A stretch of 64,000 bases of DNA from Paragordius varius (lineage: Eukaryota; Animalia; Nematomorpha). The number at the start of each line of letters is the position of its first letter. Positions within the stretch are counted from its first letter, which is position 1. The notes under the pieces were generated by a model. The model was not told the DNA's origin and searched no databases. It saw only the letters and a list, made by a program, of their open reading frames with translations. The stretch is from NCBI GenBank assembly GCA_964247055.1, contig OZ176050.1:12462001-12526000 (forward strand), in the 5' to 3' direction. Shown here piece after piece: positions 47,722 to 60,619 of the stretch. The translations under genes and the position numbers were made by a program.

Positions 47722-50700
47722 ATCCTCTTTTCAATTTAACTTCCACTCTAAAGTTTTAATAGTTGAAGAGAAAATAAGAAAACTAAATCATAACTAAAAT
47801 TATCAACATTCCCAAAAATTCATAACTTTTATATTCATGTATAAATTAAATCTCCTAATTTCGATAGTAAATTAGGACTTAAGATTAATATATGCTGTTT
47901 ACAACTATGTTTTCACATGGGTGTAACTTAGTATAATTAAGTTCTATAAATTTTAGGTATTAATCCCTCTCTAAAGTAGCGTTAAGGAGAAAAAAGGTAA
48001 AGCTTTTTATAAGGTGAGATTCATGGCAAAGATTTTAGCATAGCTTTTATAAAGTAGAAACTAAAAATGGCTATTCTCAAACTATATAACTTATTAAAGT
48101 TGAATTTGGCCAAGAATGATTGGATTGGACAGATATATTTTGAATGCAGAAAGAGTGTTAAAGGCAATAGATTAAAATACTCTAGCTAGCCGCACGCATG
48201 CTATTATCTACCTTAGTTGATTATATCGAAATTAATCAAATTTTAAATTAAAAAACGGATAACATATTATTTTCATAGTTGGGGTTTCAAGTTTTCCAAC
48301 AATTTTCCATAACCTGTGCTTTCTTATAACCTTGTGTTCATAAGATGTATTTGAGTTATTTGAGCACTTTAGCCGGCTCATTTTTAAAATGCCTGGCCGA
48401 AAGCTTTTTGTATTTAGATATTATCTAATAATTTGCAATTTTTTAGCTAATTAAGCTTATAAATGATTTATATCTCTACTTTTAGATCGCAATACCAATA
48501 GGCGTTGAATATTATTTACTTAATTGGACCTATAAGAAGCAGTCTTTTCATACTCATGTTAAAAATTCCATCCTTAATAAAATTGCAAAAAATTTATCGG
48601 GCCCTACAACTCATAAATGAGTATTACTGTCTTATATAAATGCTGATTTTGCAATAACAAAAAATTGATAAAATACCTGTGATATCCACCAACTGAATCA
48701 TTATATAAAGAATTATTAATTTCATAGTAATAAGGGAAGGGTCAAGAATTTTTGTTTATTATTATACAGTAGTGTGCAAGTTCTTCAATAATTACGCGTA
48801 TATAAAGCGTCCAATTAAAGAAAAATATTTGTTTTTAACTAAATTTTCATTTCTTTCAATTTAATAGATAAAGTTTTTAGCATATATGCTTACATAAATA
48901 AGAATTAGTTATAAAAAATGCTTTCATAGGATTTAATATCCTGGGACCTAAAAAAAAGCGGAATATATCACTTTTATATATATGAAATGATAATATTTTT
49001 TAATATTAATAAATTTATATTAGCAAATGAAATTATAATATAAATTAATTGAGCAGCATTTAAGAAAAAAACGCCATGCAAATTATAGCTATACCATTTT
49101 TTATTGTAATTTTATTCCTAAAGTATAATTATAATAATAAACATAATTTATATAATTATATTAAACACACCTCGGGTTATGGCAAAAAAGATATTTTGTT
49201 GGTTTTTATCTGTCAAAACATAGGTTTTCTTTCTCTTATATACTTTTTTTTTATCTTATATAAAAATATAATATTTGTTTGTCTTGGTATTTTGTAGAAC
49301 TTCATTATTTAATAAAGTCTATTACAGGTAAAGAGAACTATTGTTGGCTATAGCACCTTTTAATTGGTAAAAAGGAAAAAAAACGCTGTCATACGAAAAC
49401 AAACAAATAATTACCAAAATTAATTTCAAATTTTTTTCACTATCCACATATTAAAAGGTTTTTATGTCCAATATTTTGACTTTTTACTATTGTAAAACAT
49501 CGAGTGAGAATATGCCTTTTTCATAAAATAAAAAATGATTTAAATACCACAAATTTTTGGTTTTACATCCTGTTTCTACTTTGAGTTTTATGTGTTTTAA
49601 ATATTTATTTTAATAAAACGAAAGGCAAATCTCGCATTATAAAATACATGTCGTAAAGTCAGTCAAAAAATGTTTTTTTGGGATCATAATGATAGGTCTT
49701 ATTTTTTTAACTTTAACAGCGCTATAAAGAAATTAGTATATTATTGTGACCCTATAAAAATTTTTTTTAATAAAACAGTTTTTGTTATAAATTTTAAAGG
49801 TAAGTTGACTTTCCCACAAACCTATTTGGGAGTTTAAGGCCCTTTTATATAATGATATAAAGCAATAAAAAAATATATTTTTTTAAAATATTTAGATTAA
49901 TATTTACACTTCATTGCTTTTTTGTGATGATGTTTTAAATTTTTTTTATCAGAGTATTTGTATTATATCATTAAACAGGTCACACAAAATATCCTGATGA
50001 AATACGTATTTTCGATAAGGTATCAATTTTATGGTGCCCCTTGTATGGGGTTACGAGTCATAAAGCAATATATTTCAAGTTTTATCAACATTGTTCCATA
50101 TCAAAAATCACAAAACTAGGGCGCATCATGCTTAATGAAATTATGGTAACAACTAAATGTTTTACCCTAAAAATATCAATACATTAAAAAACTATATTTA
50201 AGCTAAACAATATTTTTTAATAATTTTAATATTTAGATGCCTGAAAGTCTCATTTTGCCCTTTTAAAATGGACTAATTCTCTTAAAACTTAATGACCATT
50301 TCTTTTTGTACGCGATGATATTTGGAGTAGCTTTTTATCCCATTGCTTAAAGTAAACAAACTGCTGTTTTATTGTTTTGGCTAATATTCAACTTTCAAAC
50401 CTCTTCTCCTGTATTGCATTAAAAACCTAAAATTTTCACATTTGACTTTAAGAGTTTTATTGAGACAGCTACAAAACACGATTGAAACGATCAGCTGATA
50501 TTAAAATTATTAAGTATGAAAAAACTGCTGGCAAATGATAATACGAAAGCTTTTAATTCACTATTTATATTTTTTAACCATAATATACATTTTTCGTGTT
50601 GGATTCACGATATAATTTAAAAAAGTGGCGGATAAAATGTTTTGATGAATCTTTTACAATTTTACATTTATTTAAAATTGTATTATACTGCTAAATTTTG

Positions 50701-50925
50701 ACATTAAAAATTGTATTTCGAAAAAATAAATTAACGTAAAATTAAATTTATAAAATTTTGCTGAAGCATATTTCATTTTATTTTGAGGCATGATGGAAAC
50801 GGTGTAAAAGCACTTTAAAACATTATAAAATGACATTTCCATATTATTCGATGATCTGAACATTTCTATCACCACAAATTTTTTTATTAAAATTTTCGTT
50901 CGTATTTAAATTATTTTTAATCATA

Positions 50926-53432
50926 GGGTCGGGTGATAAAAAATATTTTTTGACTTGACTTGGTTTTTCAAGTCATGGCTTGCTTTCATGTGTGTTACAT
51001 GCAAAAAATACTTTGTTTGTATATCATAACTTTCTGTGTTACATACAAATTTGAAATACATACTTTGGTTGTATATCATAACTTTCAGCGTTATTTGAAT
51101 TGTATTATTTTTATATTTTTGGGTACTATGTCAATATTATATCCTTTGTTACTTGAAATTTTATTGTTATAATGCAAATATGTACAACTAAAATTAGTAT
51201 ATGTAAACCATAAAAAAACCGAAGAAATAATCATTTCACGTTTCTTATATTATCTCCTCTCGACAAGTTAACATCTAGTAGCCAAGCGAATCCGAACTAA
51301 TCTAACATAACAGTGGAACCCACCGGGTTCCAAACTCGGATGGTGGAAGAGTCCAAAATGCAAAAACCATGACAATGTCAATTGCCAATATCACCAACAT
51401 GTCCATCAAAAAATATAATGATAATACCAATCATAACAATGGTAATAATTTTAATCGATCACAACAATCAAAACCTCTGACACATTCGCGAGGGTTATGG
51501 GAGTGTTCATGGGCCAAGCAAATGTCGCGCCTGGAACCGCAATAGCAAATGCGGAAAACCCAACCACTTCGCTAATGTAGATAAAAAAACACTGCCAAAA
51601 ATATGTTCAACCGCCAGTGCACTGAAAGCGAACGGGCTAAGAATCTATAGCGACTTTGGAATCATTATCAACAAATGGCTGGGGAGGACTCCCACATCAT
51701 TCAACTGATGGATGGGTAAATAAGATTGGCGCGGACAAGCTTGTAATAAGATTGATCGGTAAGACCCCAACCTCCCCAGGCCGAGCTAAAGCTACACCCT
51801 CGACGATTTCAACGCTAAGAGGATGTTCCAGTTACAAAAGGACACTGTTCAGATTCCCCACAGCGCCGATAGTATTTCAGTGCGACTGGACCAGTTTAAA
51901 AGAAATGGTCTATGTTGGCGTGAGGCATAGATCAAATGAAACGCGTCGACACACATAACACAGGATGTTATCTTTCAAACTATGATTCGTCGACACCGCC
52001 AACTCAACGACACCGGTTACTCAAACAATAGTAATGACAATAATAATGATAAAATAAATGATTATAATAATGAAAGTAGTAATGATAACATTAATAGCAA
52101 TAATGACAATATCAATGAAAATCCGCACGAGCGTCGTTACCCCGAGAGAATTCGGCGGAAGCCGGTCCGGTTTTCCTAAGGGGGAAGTGATGTTACATGC
52201 AAATATATACTTTGTTTGTATATCATAATTTTCTGAATTTGAAATATATACCTTGGTTGTATATCATAACTTTCAGTGTTATTTGAATTGTATTATTTTT
52301 ATATTTTTGGGTACTATGTAAATATTATATCCTTTGTTACTTGAAATTTTATTGTTATAATGCAAATTATGTACAACTAAAATTAGTATATAACCATAAA
52401 AAAACCGAATAAATAATCATTTCACGTTTCTTATATTATATCCTCTTTAAGTGACAATGTGATAAAAAAATAAATTACACGACTTAAGTCAAGGAAGAAA
52501 GCTTTATAAGGAGGTGATAAAAAATCATATGATCAAGTAAAACTTAAAGAATTTGCAAGTGTTGTGTAGGGCACACTTGACAGATTTAAAAATATGGCTA
52601 AAAATTATTTTGGAAACTATTTATGTATAAAATTTAGGTTTTATATGTAGTTCAAACCTTTGTTAATGCTATAAATTGTCAATTTGATAAATTTTGGCTA
52701 ATTAATATATCCATTGGGTGGATACAAAAGAGTATAAATTTATAGAAAAACTCTGCTAATATTTAATAACATGGCATATAAAAATATGCTAAATATATCA
52801 ATTCCGTGACCGCAAAAAATGGATTCTCGAAAATTTCTTAAAATTAATAATTAAATATTAATCTTGTAAAATTTCAAATCTTCGTTTATTAAAAGCAAAA
52901 GGTAACTTCATTATTAACCAATGTAAAGAATTTATTTCATCATAAGTTTATTTCGAAAGTAATTTTTACAATCAATTAAAAATAATTATGCTATATTGTA
53001 AAAACATCTTCCCATTATATTTGCAAATGGACTCCAAGCAAAATGCAGTGTATGAGAAATCGAAAGTGTTTTAAGGGCGAATGGTTTCATCAATCTACAA
53101 ATTATTACCAGGCTCAATATTTAAAAAATTCTATAATATTAAATAAGATACTTGCCAGTGAGTTTGAAAAACGTCAATAAATGCATATTCTATTAATTGT
53201 TTATCTTTTTGTGCCTTATTTCATAAATTTTGGCTGAAAATGATTAAAATAATTTCTGTATAATTCGAATAATATCGGGTGGCAAAAAAATGTTACATTC
53301 ATAAGCAAAAGACTTGACTTAAGTGTTTTTTTATCACCGATCTTCAAGTGTACACTTGCTGGCTTAAGTAAACTTGCTCAACTTGCCACGCTTGACTTAC
53401 CAGTCCTATGCGACTTTATTATCACCCCACCC
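50926..53432. mobile_element. Non-autonomous DNA transposon (possibly PIF/Harbinger-like) hosting LTR element 3
   Basis: TIR GGGT(C/G)GGGTGATAA. ATA on both flanks. Internal GACTTGACTT repeats. Superfamily assignment uncertain. Confidence 0.6.
50993..52456 (+). mobile_element. Internally deleted, decayed LTR element related to element 2
   Basis: LTRs 50993-51273 and 52191-52456 (TG...CA, roughly 90% identical by eye). TSD ATGTG. PPT AAGGGGGAAGTGA. Tail ERRYPERIRRKPVRFS identical to element 2. Confidence 0.92.
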
Positions 53433-54195
53433 ATAAATTGTTTTTTTACAAAAATAACCAAATAGTGTTTACATTACAATTTTGAGGTGATAGAATTGAG
53501 CTTATCGAATTCTATAGAATTTTTTTTATGCAATTTTAATATGTTTTACCCTTATCCTGTCATGAATACAAACGACTCCTCATTTTGCAACAAATTAAAT
53601 ATATAAGTAAAATGTCCATTTTTTCGGAACACATTTTGGAATAACTTATCTAAATTTTTATCGCTCAATATGGCATTAACGGGTTTATTTTAAGTAAACA
53701 AGCGAATTTTGGACGAATTCACGCAGCCCATATCTATAATTTTATTAAAATATTGTTTGGCATTAAGACTCCATTACCTTTTAGGGAGTTTTATATCACA
53801 GAACGATTTGAAATTTGAATATCCTAAAAAGTATGGTATTAAGCTATATTTAAAAACGTGCTTTTTTAGCCTTTTAGGCGCATTTTAATGATAAAATGTA
53901 AAAAAATCCTCATCTCAAACTTTTTTGTCGCCATTTTTTTCTATAATTTTATTTTAATCGCTATTGCAACAAGCAAATAAATGTATATTAGGGATAGAAA
54001 ATAAATAAAATTAACTTTAAAAGTTTAAGGCTACATTTACCAGCAAAAATTTGATATATTTTTTTTATCAGCTGTACGTTTCAATCGTGTTTGTTCCAGA
54101 TTTAGATTCTATAAGTAACAAAGCTTAAGAATTATAAGCTTTATATCTAATATATGAGAACAAGGTATAATTAACAACTAAAATAACTTTTAAAC

Positions 54196-55587
54196 CAGTG
54201 GTACTCACCAAAAAAATTTGACGGGCCAAATAAAATATATTTTTTTTTCGAGGGCCATGAACCTTATAATCGCAAATATTCTATAGCTATTTGACACATA
54301 TGCACATATTTATCCCCTAAATAAGCCCAATGAATTTTTTCCAGATCGCATTTAATTCTAGCTAAAAACTCGTTTTGCACCATTTAGTTTAAAAAATTAA
54401 TAATTTTGATAACAACATTTATTTTGATATTAACCAATAATTTTTGACGAATTTGGTTTCGCTTCATGACAGGCAACACGTCGTCCATATGAGCATCGTG
54501 ACTATATGTATTCTTGACATACTTCATTTATGAATATGCTGTCTCACACGTGTAAGTTGAGGGAAAAACAGTTAGGATAACTTGAGCAAATTGGAATCAT
54601 TTTTAAAATCTACGAGTTTTTTTATGATATGCGCCTGATTTAAACCGAGATGCTCAAGTTGCTTAATAATGGATATATCCATTAGCCATGGATTTTCAAT
54701 GAGTTTTAAGCAATTTTTAATTTTTCTTTATTCTTGAAATCTGAATTTCATCTCATTACATAAAATGTTAAATGATTGTCTATTATTAAATTAATCTCCG
54801 CGGTAAATTCCATAATTTCTTCATGAATCGTTTTAAGTGTTGGAAAATATCTGGGAGAAAGCTATGGACATAATAATAGATTTTTTTTCTAGTATAATTC
54901 CTTATTTTTATATTTTTCGTTTCTTTCCTCATGATTTTCTGGTGATGGATTACAAATGTCTTTCAATATTGTATTTTTTAAAATTATGTCGTCCTTACAT
55001 ATATGGCAGGTAACAACATTTTTATTTAAAACGACAAAGAATTTTTTCCATTCTTTTTTAAAGGAGCGATTTTCATCGATTTACGTTTTTAGCATTAGAT
55101 TTCATCCTTTGATATGTTTAATTATTATGTAAATTTTTCAAAAAATATAATTTAAATTATGCTATAAAAAACAGGACGATTTAATGATGTTGATTTGAAA
55201 AATATTTTATACAAATGAGTTTTATAAAATGATGCAGGATACCAATGAAAACAATATGTATATGCAAGTTTGGGTGTAAGGCATGCTTAAATACGAAAAA
55301 GGAATGCAATAAAAATCTCAAAATAGAAAGAAAATAGAATACGGAAACAATGGCCAAAATTTTGAAATCATTGAAAATTTTTCTACATTTCAAATTGGGT
55401 AAAAAATAAAAATTACCAAAATAAATCCAAAGAAATAAATTGATATAAAATAAGCTAAAATTCGTTTATGTGTATTATAAAAATTCATCAATAAAGAAAT
55501 AATTTAAGTATCAATATGGTCATAGGGCAATTTTAAAGCACTCTTAGGGCCGCATGCGGCCCGCGGGCCGCGGTTTGAGTATCACTG
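54196..55587 (-). mobile_element. Deleted hAT (Buster/Charlie-like) element with transposase remnant
   Basis: TIR CAGTG(G/A)TACTCA. Perfect TSD TTTTAAAC. Minus-strand remnant LTVFPSTYTCETAYS*MKYVKN resembles the hAT dimerisation domain. Confidence 0.85.
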
Positions 55588-57506
55588 TTTTAAACTGTGG
55601 TTTACAAATTGGGCTCTGGGATATAATATTACTCCAAAAGCAAAACTAGGAGAAAAAAGTGAAAAGGTAATGAAGTGTTAAATCATTTATTTTAATGATA
55701 TTTTTTGGAATAAAGAATTTAACATCTAACAGAAAATATTTGGCATAATGCATGCAATTTTGCGATTTTTCGATATTCAGCCCACAAAACGTAAATAATT
55801 TTCATCACTCTAAACGCGCAAAACCGAAAAAACTGAAAATTCCTGATACATTTTTCGCTTGTTTTTCATAAATCATATATATTATTACGATGTTTTTTTG
55901 GTTGCAATAAAAAAATAATAGAACTTACTTCATATTTTTTTCATTATTTAATGACGTTTTTGTGACCAGATGAGCTGTTTTTCGCAGTTCGGGTTTTCAG
56001 AAATAACTGAACCTGTACTGCACCCACTTTTGTACTGCTTTTTGAAATTAAAAAAATAATATTTATTATATTATTACCTTTTATTTATTCAAAAAATTAT
56101 TTTTAAATTTAATATAGTACCCTGTGAAAAATAAACCCATAATTTGTGAAGAAATGGTCATTTTGCGGTAAAAACTAAGATTGGCCTATTTTTAATTGAT
56201 TAATATTTTATTTTTTGCTCGAATTATACATAAAACTTAGGAAAGCCTTTCGCACTAGCGGAACTATAAATCTCGGACTTCACACCGTATTCAGGCTAAT
56301 GGTCCTTGACTCAAGGCTTCCGCAAAAAGAGGTGCCTCATAATTAAAAATTAACAAAATAATTTATGATATTTTCCTAAATGTTTGGTAAAGTTTAGAAA
56401 TTTCATTTTTTGTTTTAATTATCACACGGAAAATTATATGGAAAATTGTATTCCCGCAACATATTATTTAAAATTTTCATATGGCATCCGATTTCAAAAT
56501 AACCTTTTTGTCGTAATAAAAAATTATTTTACGTTTTCTACAATTAGTGGGAGGTATGATATTTCTTAATTTTTTTCCTTAACTTTGATTTTTATTAGGT
56601 TTCTTATTTTTTACATAAACAAATTGGAAGTATTTTGTTGAAGCGTAATTCAAACTATTTTGAAGCATAATGGAATCGGTATAACGCTTTAAGATATAAT
56701 AAAAGATGAACTTGAACATATTTAAAAAAATTGCTCACTATTTGCAATTTTATACGGAGCACTTACCACAAATGTGTAAATAACTTTCTTAAATAACTAG
56801 TAAAGGTTAAAACGTGTATAAACATGCAAAGTATGTTTTAATTTTGCACTGCGTCTAAAACCAAAATATCTGGTCACATTAGTTTTGCCTTTTTATCCGC
56901 TATATTGGGTGAGCTCAATTATGTAAATAAAATATCGTTTAAAAGTAATTTTATTTTAGTTAATTATATTCTTCTCCTGTATTGTATAAAGCTTATTTTT
57001 TTTTTCAGTTTTATGATAGAGACTAAGATTTGGACAGCTCCGAAACACCATTAAACTAAACAGGTGATTTTAAAATCAAATATATCAAGTTGCTGGTAAA
57101 ATGCAATCTAAAAGCTTACTAAAGCTAATTATTTATATTTTGTAACCATAATATCCATTAATTTGCCTATGTATAACTAACTCTTCAAAATTCAAAGAAA
57201 AAAATAGTGGCGTAAAAGTAGTAAATTTGTTTGTATGCGTTCAAAAAGCTAAAAAAGGTATTAGAAAAATCGGCCTGCTTAATACCTCATTAGGATATTA
57301 AACTACCCTAAAAAGTTATGAAGTGTTAATTTATTGTAATAGATTCTAATTTATAAATATCAATGCCAAACAAACACTACCACCAAATACAATTTAATTT
57401 TATTTATCGCATCTGAAGCAATCTAAATACGACTAAAATTATTTTTGTTATTATAATTAGATATAATATATATCCATATTCTTAAATACCAAATAAACAC
57501 TCAAAT

Positions 57507-60500
57507 ATGTCTATGACAAATGGATTAACTAATGGTTACACCAACGGTTTTGGAGGAGATCATAATGGATATTCCGAAGACGCTCTAACATTCCAACCAG
57601 TGCATCATTATTCTGCGCATGGTTATTCATCAAATAATTCAAATGATCGAAACACATTTTTATTTACATCTGAATCGGTGGGAGAGGGGCATCCAGGTTA
57701 GTTTAATACATATATTAGCCACTTTGTTAGAACTTTCCTGGAAGTATTTTTTATGTTATTAGTTATTTAATATCCAATTATTCAATTATAATGTAGATAA
57801 GATGTGTGACCAAATTAGTGATGCAATCCTCGATGCTCATTTGGAACAAGACCCAAATGCAAAAGTTGCTTGCGGTATATATTTGATAATATTTGAATTT
57901 TGTTAATATACTCAAGAATATTGGGTTTTTGGGTCATATGTATTCTTTTATTATACTTTCTCATAGCGAGATAGTAATTAAATTTCTAAATAAGATTTAA
58001 ACATTTTTCTTATCGCTAAGTTTTTAATTTAGTTTCTTATAAATTTAAAACCCCACCGGTTTTTTAGTTAGCCTAAATCTTTTAACAATAATTTTTTTCA
58101 GTTCAGACCTAATCGTTAATCCTATGTAAATTTATTTTATCAGGTGTGATTATTGATTTATAGCGGAGTTACCTGTATACGTTTGTCGCATAAATTATTT
58201 AACTAACAGTTTATTCGATGTTTTAAAATGATTTTAAATGAATATAATTGAAAACATTAAACTCGAATACATTAAAGACGACGCATCAATAAAATTAATT
58301 TTGTAATAATGTGATTTACGGATCAGCACATACAAAGGTGATATATTTTATTCATTTGAAAAGTTAAGCAAAACATTTATTGTAGAATTTATATCATATT
58401 TGATATGATATTTATTCACTCTATTTTATAAATCACAAATAATCTATTATCGGTAGTTTTTAATTACAAAATAGGCCTATTATTTTTATCTAGTAATTTG
58501 ATGCCTTTTTCATGGTTAGGTCAAAACACCAAAGAAAACGGTGCTGACAATTATATATTGTTGTATGGATGAAATTTTCATAATTATAACGGCATTTTTT
58601 TAAGAGATATGCTATATTTACAGATATTTTAAAATATTTTTTATGGACTGTTGAACCAATAGCTAATTTCACAAGTCATTAGGAAAATATATACTGAAGA
58701 TTTTACTTTTCGTATTTATAGATAGATTGTAGTAGTATATTTCATGAGTAGGGAAATAACCATATGATGTTAATTTTGGACACAGTTTGTGCATCCTTTT
58801 ATATGTTACCTAAGTTTAATGTTCTATTTCATATTACACATTATCAATTTTATTTCATGGTTTAATTTTGGATCATTCAAGTTTTGTTTTTACAAGAGAT
58901 TATATCATAATACGGTTATAAAAGTTTTGCTTATATAAACAGACATTTTATTATATATTTCGTATAATTGCATCATCCAATTATACTTTGTTTATATAAG
59001 ATACATATGTATTTACTTAATAATAAAATAAATACCTCCAGCTTTATGACTGGCCGTTGTATTTTTTGGTCAACAAACCCTGTTTTTACTCTTTGTTATA
59101 AAATTAAAAAATTTTAAATACATAAAATTAAAATTATAATCAAGGGTTAATTTTGGGACCGAATTTGTGATAAAATTTTAATTCTGTATAGAATAAGTTT
59201 AATACTTAAATCTACAAAAATATAATTAGACAGCTATTAAAATCTATATAATAGATTAGCGGATGAAAAAATTAATTACTTAATGTTGCTATTTTTGGAA
59301 CGCGCGGTAAGTAATATGTTTAATTTACCCTTACTAATTCTTAGATAGGCCGGGTTTACTTGGTTATGAATTTCAGAATATGTTATATCCCGCTTTAAAA
59401 TATTTTTAGCTAATAAACCGCTTCTAGGTGGATAATAAAGATATGCATAAATAATGCTTTCCGATCATAAAAAAACTATATTAAATTATTTACCAGATTT
59501 ACTTGTTAATCGCACATTAAATGATTTTCTTTGAATTAAGATTCTTAGTTAGAAAATTTAATATGTTAATTCACGCTTCGGTTTGCTAAAAAATTTAAAT
59601 TAATGAAAACTTTTTATTTTTTTCGTTTAAAAATTTCGGCAAATCTTCATTATTTTTGTGCGCATGCATATGTTTTTTTTAACGGTTTGAAAGAGCAGAC
59701 GATCTGGTCATGGATGTTGTTTTTTGTAAAAATAAATTTTATGCAAATTATTTCAATTTGTTATTATATTCTATATAAAAAATTAGCTATTGCAAATGGT
59801 TGCTCATAAATAATTAAAATTTGTGAATTAAATTTTATCCACAAATACCTTATTCAAAATAATGTATATTTTACAAATAATGACATTTCTATCTTTTTTA
59901 TATATATGATAATCCTTTTTGCAATGTCATATATTTTTAGGTTTGTGGCATAAAAATTAAAAAATACTTATCATTTTATAATATTTTTTCAAATTTAGAG
60001 GTTGCCACAACTACCGGACTTATCCTTGTGTTCGGAGAAATTACATCCAAAGCCGTCATTAATTATCAAAAGGTTCCATATTCATTCAATGATAATTATA
60101 TATTATTAAATTTAGCCTATATTTTTTTTAAATATATGGGCAAATAAATTCGAATGTGGCTCACGCCCATTTTTAAATATATGTCCGTAAACAGCCATAT
60201 TTCAAGTTAATAAATTTATTGTTAATATAAAAATTTATCTTAAAACATATATTCGTGACAAATTGAAAAGACGCATATAACCAATAATATGGCTCTCTTT
60301 TCTATAATTATCTCCAAAAAATTTATTGTATATAACATTTTGGGATTTTAAAAAATCGACATTCCCATTCATTTATTAAATAAATTTTTTTTGAGACAAA
60401 ACATTTGAATATCTAAAATTAGGTCGTAAGAGACACTATTCGTGACATTGGTTATGATGATGCCACCATAGGTTTTGATTACAAATCCTGCAATGTTATG

Positions 60501-60583
60501 GTAGCCTTGGACCAACAAAGCCCTGAAATATCTCAAGGCGTGTGGCAAGGTAATTTTGGTTATACATATTTTCAATTTTTTTA

Positions 60584-60619
<36 letters not shown>

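Noticed and set aside
56236-56340. Moderately GC-rich island resembling a ncRNA
   Set aside because: No tRNA, snRNA or rRNA signature could be recognised; more likely a TE fragment.
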